From Lama glama (lineage: Eukaryota): 64,000 nucleotides of DNA. The notes beneath the pieces are model-generated. The model had not been told where the DNA came from and did not search any database. It saw only the letters and a list, made by a program, of their open reading frames with translations. Location of the stretch: positions 20,646,001 through 20,710,000 of the forward strand of contig CM052816.1 of assembly GCA_028534125.1 (NCBI GenBank), given 5' to 3'. This document shows positions 36,538 to 49,395 of the stretch, piece by piece (within the stretch, counting starts at the first letter, position 1; each line of letters begins with the position of its first letter). A program made the translations under genes and the position numbers.

Positions 36538-38534
36538 CCCACGCTCTTAAAAATCTTACCAGGACATTACACTCATCAGACAGAGCACCATTAGTGGGAA
36601 AAACACAAATCAAGGTGAGAGTTGATTGACTTATTTAACTGATAGCACCTGTTTTTATTAGGGAACATTAGCGTCATTAACTGGAGAGTTTTGAGCCTCA
36701 CCAGGTTTCTCAGATTTGCTCTTTTACACAGGAAGTTTTTCATCAAATTTTGACATGCCATTTTCAAAGCCCAACCAAAAAGGAGACAGGTAAGCATCCC
36801 CCAAGGCTGAGGCACAGCGTGCCAATCCCATGGCATAGGCAGACAGAACCTCACCCACAGGGACGCACACAGGGCACCTGCCCACAACGCCAGGTGTGAA
36901 GAGCCCTGAGCTGTGGCCCCATCTGTCTGCCCCTAGGTGTGCTCCGGGCTGTAGACATCCTCCTTGGGAGAATCCTGGAGGGTCCCTGTCACTCCCATCT
37001 CCTGGGATGCTGAGCCCTCTTAAAACACCGAACCCATTCTCATGCGGGATAAGGCAATGAGGAGGCCATTCTTGGGAGATGAGAATTTAGGAATAAAGAG
37101 AGCAAGGAGCGGGCTGAGCGATTTCCCAGCATGTGAATCTAATGAGAGCCAGCGCAGCTGCAAATCCCTCAGCGGTGTTTGGGGAGCAAACAGAGCAGAC
37201 GGCGATACGGCTGAGCTGTGTCTGGAATAACTCAATTTGCTGGAGGAGGAGGGGCTTTCTGAGCAGCAAAGGAGCCCTACCCTCGATTCCTCTTCAGTTC
37301 CCACTGCCCCCCCTTCACTGTCAGCTCCCGTCTCCTCATTGCCAGGCTCTGGGTCTGGACGGGAGCCAGGACCCCTGTGACCTCCCCCATCAGCTCAGAC
37401 ACACCCCGCCCGGAGCCGACTTTCATGGAGACAAGAGTTTCTGGGCTTCCTCCACGGGCTGCCTGAATTTTGCTAGGTTTCCAGTGTGGATAATCCCCAG
37501 ATCCTTGCGCAGATGCGGGGAAGGAGAGCCTTCTCCTTCTCCTTCTCCTCTGGGCAGCTCAAGCCCGGGAAATACTCCAAAGCTCACCCCAAAAGGCTGT
37601 TGTTCTGTCTCAGAGTTGTTGTAGAGTTTTGTTTTGCTTTGTTTTGACCTGGGATTTGCTGTCAATCATACAAGTCAGAGAGTTTCGGATAAATCTTCAA
37701 ACCCCAGGAAACTTCTCCGAGTCGTCTCAGATCTAAAAACCTCTGTTCAGGTAATTCTGTCTGAAATGCCATTTCCTGCCGAGCCTACAGAAAGGCATGA
37801 ATCCCCAGCTTAGAGCAGACCCTTGCTTCTGAGACCATTCTCAGGCAGTTTTCCTGTAATACCTTCCCTTCTAAAGTAAATAATCCCCCGAGCCCAGGTA
37901 AACATCCACTGGTGGAAATGGGGAACGTTTTCCCACATGGGCAGCTCTTTCCTGGAGACCCTAGTTCAACGGCATCGATTTGCAGTTCTCATACCCCTCA
38001 TGCCCAAGGGGGAGCGTCTCTGCTTGTTGCCTTTAAAAGCCGGTGGCTCTCTGGCTTGGCTCAGAAGCTGAGGATTACTGGGTCTGAGCAGACACCCCCA
38101 GACAACCCCGAGGAGAGGAGAGCACCACAGGCCGTGCCAGGCATGTGAGACACCAGCTCAGAGTCCTCTCCATCCCAGTCTCCTCACCGGCTGGCCCTGC
38201 CCAGGGGCATCCCGCAAGAACAGAGCCAGGAAAGAGCCCGGTTCTGGGGAAGGAGGGAGGCAGGTCCCGTGTGTCCTGGTGATGCAAACAGGGGGCCACT
38301 TGTCCTCAGTGGGATGGACACACCTTCCTAGGGCCAGGCAGGGTCCATGGCCAAGGGATGTGACCCTGCACCCTCTGTCTCCCTGGGCTTGGCCTTCGCA
38401 GGCTGGGCTTGTGCACAAGTACACAAGTGTACACGGCACATCCCGAGGCTACACACACATGCTCAGGTGGACTCCCACAGTGTTCCCACTGTCCTTTAAA
38501 ATCTCAGAACCAAGGAGTGTCAACGGGAGAAAGG

Positions 38535-39269
38535 CCACCACCTCACACCCATTAGGATGGCTACTATCCGTAAAACAGGAAGTAAGTGTCAGCAAGGATG
38601 TGGAGAAATCAGAACCCTCAGGAACTATTGGTGGGAATATTAAATGCTGCAGCCACTGTAGAAAATGGTATGGCGGTTCCTCAAAATATTTAAAATAGAA
38701 TTACCATATGATTCAATAGTTCTACTTCTGGAATCACAAGCAAATTCCACTTCTGAGTGTATATGCAAAAGAACTGAAAGCAGGGTCTGTAAGAGACATT
38801 TATACATCCATGTTCATAGCAGCATCGTTCACAGTAGGTGAAACCTGAAGGCAACTCAGTGTCTATCAGCTAGTGGGTGGATGAGCAGAATGTGGTGCTC
38901 ATACAAGAAATATTATCCAGCCTTAAAAAGGAAGGATATTCCGACGCATGCTACAACAGAGATGAACCTTGAGGACATTATGCTAAGTGACATAAACCAG
39001 AGACAAAAAGGTAAATACTGTACAAGTCCACTTATTTGAAATGTTTAGAATAGTCAAAGCCATAGACACAGAAAGAAGAACGGTGGCTGCAGGGGCTGAG
39101 GGGCTGGGAGGAGGGGGACAGAGTTTCAGCTTTACGTATGGAAAGAGTTCTGGAGACAGATGGTGGTGATAGTTGCACAGTGTTCTGAAAGTATTTAATA
39201 CCACTGAACTGTACACTTAAAATGGTAAATTTTATATTATGTTTTATATTATTCCCCAACAATAAAAAA
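38535..39269 (+). mobile_element. L1MB-type 3' fragment (ORF2 end + 3' UTR)
   Basis: cacctcacacccattaggatggctact...gcaaggatgtggagaaat...gaattaccatatga...aaagaactgaaagcagg...tgaaccttgaggacattatgctaagtga...ccactgaactgtacacttaaaatggt...aataaaaaa. Confidence 0.9.
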
Positions 39270-39304
39270 GTTGGGGGAAACCAGATATTAGTTGTTCACA
39301 TAGA

Positions 39305-39915
39305 TGATTTGTCTTTAACCCTCTCAGACCTGAAGCCGTGCCTTTTCATAGCAAATATTCTGTAACATCCCTGTATTATCTTGAAGTGAATGTGTCTTAA
39401 CCAAAACTGGGATATAAAGGGAAAATACAGGAAAAGTCTTGGGCATAAAACATGCCTTTCAGAGTGTAACTGTTTGGACACCAGCTACACACACCGACTC
39501 ATAGTGTCAGACGTCAGGTGGGTCCTGTGAACACAGAGGCAGCAGACGTAGCCTGTGACAGGTGTGTGAGGTTGACAGTTTGAGTACTTAAGTGACACTG
39601 CCTCTAGAGGAGTGAGTCTCCAAAATGGTGAACAATTCTTGATAAAGTTGAAAACCGAATTTATAATATACAGCATAGGTGCCTCCTTGGAAAACCCTTG
39701 CCAAACCTTGGCAGGCAAATAATTTGTGTGTAACATCATGTTAGGTTCTAGGAACAGGAAAACAATGACTAGATCTTTCACTCCTTGACCGTCCAGCGGG
39801 ACATCTGAAAACTTGTATGAGATGCCAGCCCAGCAAAAGTTTGTTGGGCAGATCTGTGCTACAAAGAGCGGGATCCCTAAGGTCCCCGGCCCCACCCGTT
39901 AAGTGCTGGGAACAG
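39305..39915 (+). mobile_element. Second, more degraded MER20B-like hAT element
   Basis: Shares collinear blocks with 12256-13004: ctcagacct/gtcagatct, tattatcttgaagtgaa/tattaccctgaaatgaa, atggtgaacaattcttgataaagtt/atggtgaacagcttttgataaagtt, gttaggttctagg. Confidence 0.7.
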
Positions 39916-42477
39916 CTCCGCCCCTTCCTGGGATCATTTATAGAGCTCCTCTCCTGTGTTGTGAGTTCACACAGAGCAAAGTGTTCACTTTGCCTGAATG
40001 TCAGCCTCACCCTGGCTCCAGGAGTCTGGTCCCAGGCACTCACTGAGCCAGCAGCAGCCTCAGACCCTGCTGTGTCTCTGGATGAGGTCCCCCTCAGCTC
40101 AGTGGCCACTCAAAGACCACAGAAGCTCAAAGCTCAAAGCTCAAAGCAGCAGCATTTCTGGACATCATCGACCCCTGAGGAGCTGAATTTTCCACATCTG
40201 AGTAGCAGGATTCTTCCCTTTGTTTAGCTGTTTGGAGGGCTGGGGCCTCCACGCAATTCTCAGGAACAAAACTAATGAAATTCCAGAGGAGGGGTGGTGT
40301 CCACTGTTTCCCCCTCATCCACTCCAGTGGCTGCCCCCTGGTCCAACACTACTGCTTCTCCACCCGGTACTGGTGAGGGCAGCGTGGGGAGCGGGCAGGA
40401 GACTGAGCTTCCAGATGGGGCAGTGGAGGAGCCGGAGTCTGTAAGGAGTCAGTGTCCTCCTTCTAGAAAGCATGGATGACTTGGTAGGGAACCAAGTTGT
40501 ATGGGTTTCCCAGGAACACAAGAGTAAAAACTAAAGTTCTTAATGCTGGGAGGGCTTTAGCATTTATTCAAGTTTTCAAACATTATCTTTTCACTCGGGA
40601 GCCACCTGATACATGTGCCAGTCAACCGTAAAAAGTCTATGTGGATACCTCTCCCAGGAATCCAACCAATTTTGCTTTCTCTAATAGGAATGGAAGAGAG
40701 CGTTGTAAATGTCAAACGGCAGATTGTATAGCAACATCAATTGAACTAGGCATTCATGAGCAAATGTACCATTTATCTAGCAAAGCTCTGGGTGGTTCTG
40801 TTCATTTAAATTACCTGATGCTGGGCGAAAATCGAGCTGAGGTTTCATCTGCGAATTCAGGTGCAGGCTGAGGTGGTTGCTTCCACCCAGCAACTGAGTG
40901 GAAGTTGCTCTTGTGCAGCAGCAGGGGAAGGGGGGGGGTGTGGTCTGCATGGTGTGTGTTGGGCCAGGCAGCTCAGAAGGCCAGGTGGAGCCTTCGATGT
41001 CCAGATCCTGTCTGTGGGCCCTATACCTTCAACCCAGAACATTCCAGACGCTGGAGTGACAAATAGGACAGTCCAGGAAGAAGAGCAGGGGACGCTGAGC
41101 AAGAACAGTTGGTCAGCCTGATGCTGCGGCCCTCTTTGGAGTCTGGGACAGTAAAGGGCTGCTAATGAGTGTGGTAGGCATGTGGTTGGGAGTGGGGTTG
41201 GGACTAGTGAGTGAGGAGGGGACTAAGGTGGATCCTGGAGTGATGGCTGGTGGGAGGCAAGCCCAGCACCCTAAACTATGTGCTGGCAGCAGCTAGCCCT
41301 CGTGGCCCATGATGGTGCCCACTATAGTCCAAGGCCAGTTCTTTAAGAGACTGAAGACGCTCAACACGGGACGTGCAAAGTCACAGTCTGTGGAGGAGAC
41401 GAGCAGAGGCAAAGGCTAAACAAGAATGTGTGGCTTGGAGCCGGCAGAAGCTCCTTGGAGCTGGGCCTTGCAGAAAAGTCAGATTTAAAGAAAGGGCCTT
41501 CCAGGAATAGGTACGTGGGAACCACTCTGCAGGCTGCTTTCTGCAGGTAGTGGAAGGGGCCAGCAGCTACATCTTAAGCCACAGGGTAAATACCTCCCCA
41601 GGAGGCTTGAGTGTGGCGATGGTGACTCATCTGCTCAGAAGTCACAGGCCCCAGGGGACAGCCAGCAGGCAGTCACCAGGTGCCGTGCCTTTGAGGACAC
41701 CTGTTTGTGTCTGTTTGGGGATTATAAGGAAAACGTATCATGTGTGTGTAAGAATCTCCAGGAATTTTCAGAATTTTGTGGCTGGATCAGCACCATCAGT
41801 AAAACTACGTTGTATTAGTGAAAATGTATCCTAAAGATAAGCCCGTTGGTTTTGCCATTTATTGTTAATTAAATTTTCCCAGAGATGGCAGCAGAAAGAT
41901 TGTTAACGTTCATGAATTTACATCAAGTTAAACATCTGTTCCTCTTAAGCTAAACTCCAGTAAAGTTACGGTGGCTCATAAATTAGACCGGGGAGTGAAA
42001 TGCATCTTGCTCTTTGCACAGCTTAGCGGTTTCAAAATAGACCTCAGATTGGCGCACTGCAACTGGGGCCGTGTAATACAACCGCATTCAGCTGCGATGC
42101 TGGTGCCAGACAATTAAGCTAAGTTTCTGCTTTGGGGGTGAAGATCGCAGCTTTGTCTGCAGCAGTAGCATTATTTCTCAGGCCCTCTGGGGACAATGTG
42201 GGAACCAGGACTGCTGATGTTCCAGTCGGGGTTGGGGAGCGCCTACTCATGAGCAGACCCAACAGCAGCCAAGAGATTGTAGGCACATCTGGTCTCTCCC
42301 TTGGGCCCCTCTGGGGGTTCTCCCAGGGGAGGGTCTCAGGACCTGAGCCTAGGGGCTGGGCCTCCCTGCCAGGTCCAGGAAGGACTGGAGTCTCGAGGAT
42401 GTGGCTCAGGGTGCTGCTGGCTGCTGTGCGCCTTCTGAAGGGAGGGCTTGTGTATGGCTTGGGAAGGGAGCTGGCCT

Positions 42478-42523
42478 CCACCCCCCCATCCCCGGTCCCC
42501 GTCCCCCCACCCCCCCATCCCCC
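42478..42523 (-). repeat. C-run cluster: G-quadruplex-forming potential on the minus strand
   Basis: cccccccatccccggtccccgtccccccacccccccatccccc: six runs of 4-7 C with 1-3 nt linkers. Confidence 0.75.
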
Positions 42524-43454
42524 GCATGCTGGCGTCTCAGAGCATGGCCCACCAGCCCCCACCCAGCACTTCCTTCCTTCCCATCCGCCTGCTCCTTAGC
42601 CCACATCCATCCCCAAGAGGGATGGCTTCTGCTAATGGCAGAGGAGTTTGTGATGTTGAGTAACCTGTGCCCTGCAGTCCTCTCTCCTGGAAGTTTGGGT
42701 TTGCAGGTGACTCTGGAAGTGCAGGGCTGCCCCGGTGAGGGAAGGGCCAGCATGGTGGAAGCCATCAGGGGTGGGGTCTTCATGGGGGCCTTGGGATCCT
42801 CCATCATGACCCCTCAAAATTCTACCCATGTTTAAAGCTCTTGCTGGGAGCACAGAGGATCGCCAGGGTCAGCTTTGTGCTCAGTTACTGATCAGAGCCT
42901 CGGTAAGGAACTGGACCTTTCCTGAAGCTGTGCCATGGTTGAATTCACCCTCAAGGCCTCCCCACCTGGGCTACTGTTACAAGCACAGGCCCCCCGCCTG
43001 TCCTTTTGCAGGGCTGTCCTGACCAGTGGTGGAACCACAGGGCAGAACTCTTCATCCTCTTCTTCTTCAGAGGCAGGCCTCAGGAGCTGCATGTGCCCCC
43101 CAGAGGGGTTCAGACAAGCCATTTCCCATGGGACCCAATGTCTAACGGGACAGCCGCCCCTTTGTGTCTCACGACCACCTTCCCCTCACCACCTCCTACC
43201 TGGCCATGCCAGGTTTTGGGGTGCCCCACTGGTGAGGTAGCATCCACACACACATACCCCAGCTAAATGTACCACACGCTGGAGCTGCCCCTCCAAACCC
43301 ACATCTCACGTACACCCCGCACTTCCAGGAGCTGATACAATGGATGACATAGGCCCCCAGCCCTCTCCAGAGTTCCAGACCTCCGTCACTGTGGCTCAGG
43401 ATGGCTGGGATTGTCCCCTCCTCAGGGCAGGGCTGCAGCCCTTCTCCACCAAGA

Positions 43455-43600
43455 TTCCACTGTCATCCATTCAGCAGACATTTAATGAGCACCTTCTGTA
43501 TGCAGGTGCCCAGACCGGGGGCTGGGGTCATACCTCTGCAGCAAGGCAAGGCGCAGGCCTCGAGGGACTCCCATGTAACAGGGCAGCCTGACCCCAACAG
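43455..43600 (-). mobile_element. L2 3' end fragment
   Basis: catccattcagcagacatttaatgagcaccttctgtatgcagg. Confidence 0.65.
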
Positions 43601-45184
43601 TATGGGAGTAACAGGGTGATGCCTAGGGACAGCGCAGAGACAGAGAAGAATGGGGCAGCGCGCCAGGAACTCTTTAGATGGGGGTGAGATGTTGGAGAGG
43701 GAGGCAAGCAGAGACAGACTCTTTCCAGTCCCCCATACCACTCCTCCCTGGTGCCAGGTGTCTCCATCACCCCCTCTCCTGCCTCCAGGTGCCTTCATAT
43801 CCAGGACCTGGGCCTATCTGGGGCCTTGACCACTCAGCCTGTCTCTCTCGGTTAGAATCTGAGCTCCCGGCTGCCTGGCTGGCATCTCCCACCTTGCCCA
43901 CGCTGTACACCCTTGACTCTTGGGAGCGAGCAGCCCCTCCCACACCTGGGACCGGAAGCTTTGCCTGCCACAAAGTAAAGACCATCCCTTTGAAGCCCAA
44001 TCTGGCAGGGGCACACGTGGCTGATGGAATATTCAGTGTCTCCTTCGCTTCTCTTTGTTTTGCAGTAGAAAGTGTGCCCTTGATGGACGTTTAATTCCAG
44101 AGGCTTCCTATCTCTCTTGGCTCAAAAAATTAAATGCGGATGTGCCTGTGTTTCCACTATAATAACCTCCCTCAGAGTGGAGAGAGTGTGGCGGGAAGAG
44201 GAGAACATTAGAATCTTCAAAGAGGGACAATTATGGAGGGAACTAGATTAATGAGGTGTCATAACAGCTTAGCCAGATCTGCGGCTGACCTTTCTCGTGG
44301 AGAACGGGCTTGATAAATGTAGTTCATTACCAAGTTCTGACATGAAAATAGGATCACACTCTGGGCCCCTCAGCAGGCTGATCAATATTTTATCTGCCAG
44401 AACAGGCCTGGTCTGTGAGCAGGAGAAGCCCCGCACATGCGTGCCGGTGGAAAGCCTGAGGCCAGGGCCGGGGGCTGGTCGCGCGGGGCCTGCGCCACCA
44501 CACAGAGGGCAGCCCAACCGGCAGGAGGGTGGCTGGGCCCTTCCACGGGCCTGTTGGGGATTCTCATCATGGTCAGGCTGACCGGGACATGAGCCTCGAT
44601 CCCTGAGAGCAGAAATGTTCCCGGAGATGGGAAGGGAGGGAGGAAGGCTTCACTGATTTAGTGGCCTCCTGTGCCAGGCGCTGGGCATCAGTGACGGGGA
44701 CAAAGACAAGTGCTCCAGGCCCTGATTTAGCTGGGGCATCGAGCCCTGTTCATACAAAGAAGCCCTCGGGCTCTCCTGGCCACGTGGACGCTGTGAAGTC
44801 CTCCAACGCCTCCTGTTATGTCAGGACCCTGTAAGGTGGTCAGAGCTCTTACTGCCTCCATTCTAAAGTAAGAATTGGTCAGGGACTCACAGCCGCTCAA
44901 AGACTGGGCCAGATGGTCTCCTGACTCCTGTCCAGTGCTCTGTCCAGCTTGCCATGATTTTTACGAGTGGAGTTGGTGTCAGGTGGACATGGCAGCCTCT
45001 GATGAAGTCTGTCTCCACCTTAGGACCCCAGGAGAGTCACCCTGGCTTCTTAATGATTCTGCCCTGGAACCACAGGACTGGTTTCTTAACCACATTCACA
45101 AGCATTTAACACTGTAATGCCACATGTTTGTCTGTCCAGTGCCGTCCCAGCGGCTTGGAGCTTGCAGTCAGTCCCACAGAGGGA

Positions 45185-45645
45185 TGTAACAGACGCTGAT
45201 AACACCCCATCCAGATTCCCACAGTCAACCCAGAGGTTACGTGCAGCTTTGGTGGATTATTCCCGGTAACACTTGTAAATAGCATCCAACCTCATCGTCA
45301 GCCTGAGGGCAGCCTGGCCTCACTTGGGGAGGCCAGAAGTGCTGGATCAGACGGGGGTTATGCCCTGGGAGCAACCCTCAGCCGACAAGGGCTGGAAGTT
45401 GGCAGAAGGGCACCCTGCCCCCTGAAATCTCAGTGGAGCAGCTACGTGTTGTGCTCAACTTCATCTCTCCAAGGTCCCACGGGCTGAGCTCCGGGCGCCC
45501 TCAGTGGCGCCCCACCCTGTGTTAGCCTTCCGCCCTCCCCAGTCTCCCTTCTTCCTTCCTGCACTTCTTAGGATCCTCCCCAAAGGCACTGCTCACCCTC
45601 CATCCTCCTCTCAGAGGCTGCTCTGCAGGAGCCCAAACTAAGACA
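45185..45645 (+). mobile_element. LTR16-family ERVL solo LTR
   Basis: gaggccagaagtgc...atgccctgggagcaaccctcagcc...aaggtcccacgggctgagctcc...ttaggatcctccccaaa...ctcagaggctgctctgcaggagcccaaactaagaca (typical LTR16 3' end). Confidence 0.7.
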
Positions 45646-46869
45646 GGTCCAAATCTCGCACAAAAGAACATTCCATAGGTACAGGGAGGACAAGTGAGAA
45701 AGTTGGAGGGAGGTGGTTCTCTGTGTGAGTGGGAGGGCGCTGAGTGACCCCACAGGAACAGAGAGGAGAGGAGGGGAGAGAGCCCAGGAGAAGGCACCGG
45801 CAGGCCTGCGTCGTCGCATGTGATCAGAGCACGGTGAGCGCTGGGTCTGCAGGCATCTTCCCTGGGACTCTCCAAGCCTCATCAGAAGGCTTTGACCTGG
45901 CCAAGCTCACCAGGGAGACCCAACAATCCCCATGTTATAATGAAACAAAGTTTTCTTTACCTAGAAACCACCAAGATACAAAGGATACACTCAATGACTT
46001 TCCAAGCATGTGGTTAGTACAGATCCTTAGTCCTGCCCACACATGCAGCAGGTCCCCTACAGGTCTCGACTGGGCAGCCCCAGGCGAGCTCGTTCAGGGC
46101 ACAGACCTCAGCATCATACACAAACATCCTCCTCTGCAGTCTCTGGAAGCCCCACTCTCCCTGGATCAAGAGTGAGGCCAGTCCATAGAGTCCTTGGCTC
46201 CAGGCTCCCAGGACCGGCTGGGCTGGGTGTTGCCTTTTTCACCATCGTCATCATCAGCCCCCATGGTGGGGGCACCTGGGAGGAGTGTTGTGGTCCCTAG
46301 GCCTCTGCCGTCCCCCCTCCAGGGACCTTCCCTCCAAAGGGGAGGAGCACCAAGAATTCTGAAGCGGGGGGATGCCAGTTTAGATCGGGCCATGTCTCAG
46401 CAGCAGCCACAATGCAGGAAAAGAAAGCCGGGTGGAGATTCAGGTAAACAGCCCTGGAGGGAGCGGTAAACGCCACCCCTACCCTTACCCCCACCCCCAG
46501 GGCAGCACACTCGCTCGCAGAGCCAGTGCTGCTGAAGTCGTTTCTTGCTCCACCCTCAGCTTGTCGTCTTCTGGTGTGCTGGCCAGGTGGGTGGATGGTG
46601 ATGACCTGCGTGACCATGAGAAGGACCAGGCCCTTGGGTACTGAAGCTCTTGCCCAAATCGAGTAAAGGAAGAGGAAGGTGTGAAAACAGAGGCTGTGTG
46701 GATGGGGCCTCTGGCCTGAGCATCTGACAAGGCAGCCAGGGCTGGACTCACAGCTCAGGGTCACCTGTGCAGGGGACCTGGCTTCACCTCCAACCAGTTT
46801 CTGGGAGGGAGATTGTGGGTGATTTGTTTTCTTTCTTTATACTCACCTGCACTTTCCAAGTGATTTTTT

Positions 46870-46902
46870 CGTTTTTTGTTTTTTGGGTTTTTTTTTTTTT
46901 TT
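46870..46902. repeat. T-rich / poly(T) tract
   Basis: gttttttgttttttgggtttttttttttttttt. Confidence 0.85.
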
Positions 46903-49179
46903 GATGAATATATGTTTCCTTTGCAATAAGACAAAGGTTTAAAACTGGCAGTAGGGTAGGAACGTTTAGCTAGAGACCAGCTCTGGCAGGTTCACAGATG
47001 TCCATGCTCCACCTCTGTGAGCTGCTTCGTCTGACCCCACTGTGTGATGAGGGGGGATCGTGAATGAAAAATTGAACCTGGGACTGAGTAAACTAGTGCT
47101 TTTACGTGCCTAGCTCAGAAGCTATGCATCTTGGAAACCAAGAGGGAAGGCTTTTTTTGAAAGGGCAGTCCTTGCTGGAGATGAAATATCTAAGAACTTG
47201 ATGAGGGAGTTTGGATTTTGGAATCTAAAGTGCCCATCTCCACGAGTGCAGAAATGCCACCATTATGGTGTCTTTCCTCTGGTGCTCATGGACCCTTCAG
47301 ACCTGGAGGGATATTAGAGGAGCTCAGGAATGTTGGGCCAATGATTTAACTATTTGAGGCTGAAACTCACATAAAGCACAACTGCTCCTGGGATGAGGAA
47401 GGATTTCAGATTCTCTTCCAGGAGCCACTCGATGTATGTCAGGACCCCCACGTCCAGCAGTCACCAGGCACAGTGAGGTGCCTGGTAAAGCAAAGAACAG
47501 AGGAAGTTTTGCAAAGCATGATCTGTAGGGCCTGGCTTCCTGCCTCAACTCCACACTTCCCTCTGGCCTTGTCTTGTGCCCCCTTCTGCCTCACTCCAGC
47601 CCAGACACACCAGCTTCCCTGGGGCTCCAGGCACACGGTGCCACCAGCTTTGCACCTGCAATCCCTGCAGCCTGGCACTCCCTTCCCTCTGCCACCTCCT
47701 CCCACAGAACCCTCATCCTGTAGGTCTCATCCTTAGGGAGACCTCCTTCACCCTGGCCTCCTTAGCTCTCCCTCCATGGGCCCTCTGATGCCCAGGGCAG
47801 GAAGCCCATCGTATCCTCAGTGTGCCACCCAGCATGGGGCACAGAGTTTGTGAGTCAATACTGGTAACAGGAAAGGAAGGGCGAGGCCGGTGGTCTGGCC
47901 CTAGCAGGAGGCCAGACCAGGGACTCAAGGAGCTGGCCCTGAAGACTGGGGACACCCACCCATTCCCCCAAGTTGATTTCTGATCATGTCCATTCCTTCC
48001 TGACCAGGAGGCATGTGCTAGGAAGTGGCCAAGGTAAAGAAGCCACGGTGAACTCACAGTGAGCTCTGGGAATGTGATAGGGACAGAGCCTGGGGAGGCT
48101 GACGCAACCCACCCAGCAGGACCCACCTCCGTGGTTTTCCTGGGATGCCAGTGTGGGAAGTGCTGTCTAGCTGCAGACCCCTGGCACAGGGCAGCAGGCA
48201 GCTCAGAGGAGATCTGGGCCCACCAAGGGCTATGAGGAAGATGGGGGCTGGTTGGGAGGACCAGCGAGGATGAGATGCCTCTGCCCATCTGACCTGGTGG
48301 GGCACATCCTTCGGGTGGCCCTGCTGGGCTGTGTTCTTAGTGTGGAGCCTAATTGTATGCTAGCATTGAGTCGAGCCTCCTATCAGCCCCATATCCATCC
48401 ACTGTGTGCACAGGCTCCCCGGCCTCTTGGCATGAATGCCTGTCCCCAGGAAAACCTGACAGGCCCTCCAGCCCAGGTTCCTGGGATCCTCCACCCAGAG
48501 ACTTTGACCATCATGTCCACCAGAGCTTCTGTCTTCACTCACATACCACATCCCACTTCTGTCCATAGGCCAGGACTGGTTTCACCCCCTTGGAGGCTAG
48601 GGGACAAGATTTGGGCAAAACTCTTCTCATCCTTTCCCCAGACTGACCTTTATCTGGGCTCAGGAGAATGGCTCAGACGTGGCCTACCACGTCTTCCCCT
48701 GGGTGGGAGCGTGTTATCGTGGGACAAAGCTACTATTTGCAACACTGTGCAGCGGTATGGACTTAAGAATCATGTTTGTCAACTGGGGACCCTAAGCGCT
48801 TCCAGGAATGGCTATCCTACCTGGCCAAAGAGGGATGCCAGCAAGCTTAGGGGGAAGGGCGAGCTGGTCTTGTCAGAGCAGGAAAACTCTCAGAGAGCAA
48901 ATAGATTTGATTATATTGAACACAGCAATTGATTTTTTTTCTAAATAAACATGCAGGAGGAAATGGTAATGGGCATCTGTTTCTGACAAGAATCAATTGA
49001 CCACAAATGGGAAGAAAATTTCAAAACACAAAAAAGCACAAGAGAAAGTGGTTGGACTGTCCAGGCTTGTCCAGTGAGGGAGGCAGAGAAAACAGATTTC
49101 CCCGTTAGCCCTCTCTGCACCAAGCAGCTTCCCAGTTCCTTGCTCTTCAGCAAATGTGGTTCCAATAACTAAGGGAGAG

Positions 49180-49395
49180 AGGAGCTATGGTTTTCTGAGT
49201 GCTTACTCAGTGCCAAGTCAGTGCTGTGCCTCTTATATGTATGTCTTATTCAGCTCTCTGAACAGCCCTATGTGGGCGGCACTGTTCTCCCCACTTCACA
49301 GATGAAATCACTGAGGCACCTTGTACAAGGTACACATTCGGTCTGCAGAGCTAGGACTCAAGCCTGGCGGACTCCAGAGCCAGTCCTTTCCTGCA
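49180..49395 (-). mobile_element. MIR SINE (antisense), ~1 kb upstream of the first exon
   Basis: ctgagtgcttactcagtgccaag...aacagccctatg...ccccacttcacagatgaaatcactgaggcac...aaggtacaca...gagctaggactcaagcctgg...actccagagcc. Confidence 0.8.

Noticed and set aside
48252-48932. 226-aa plus-strand ORF upstream of the exon
   Set aside because: No similarity to FSTL4 Kazal/follistatin sequence or any family I recognise; no convincing splice-site pair identified.
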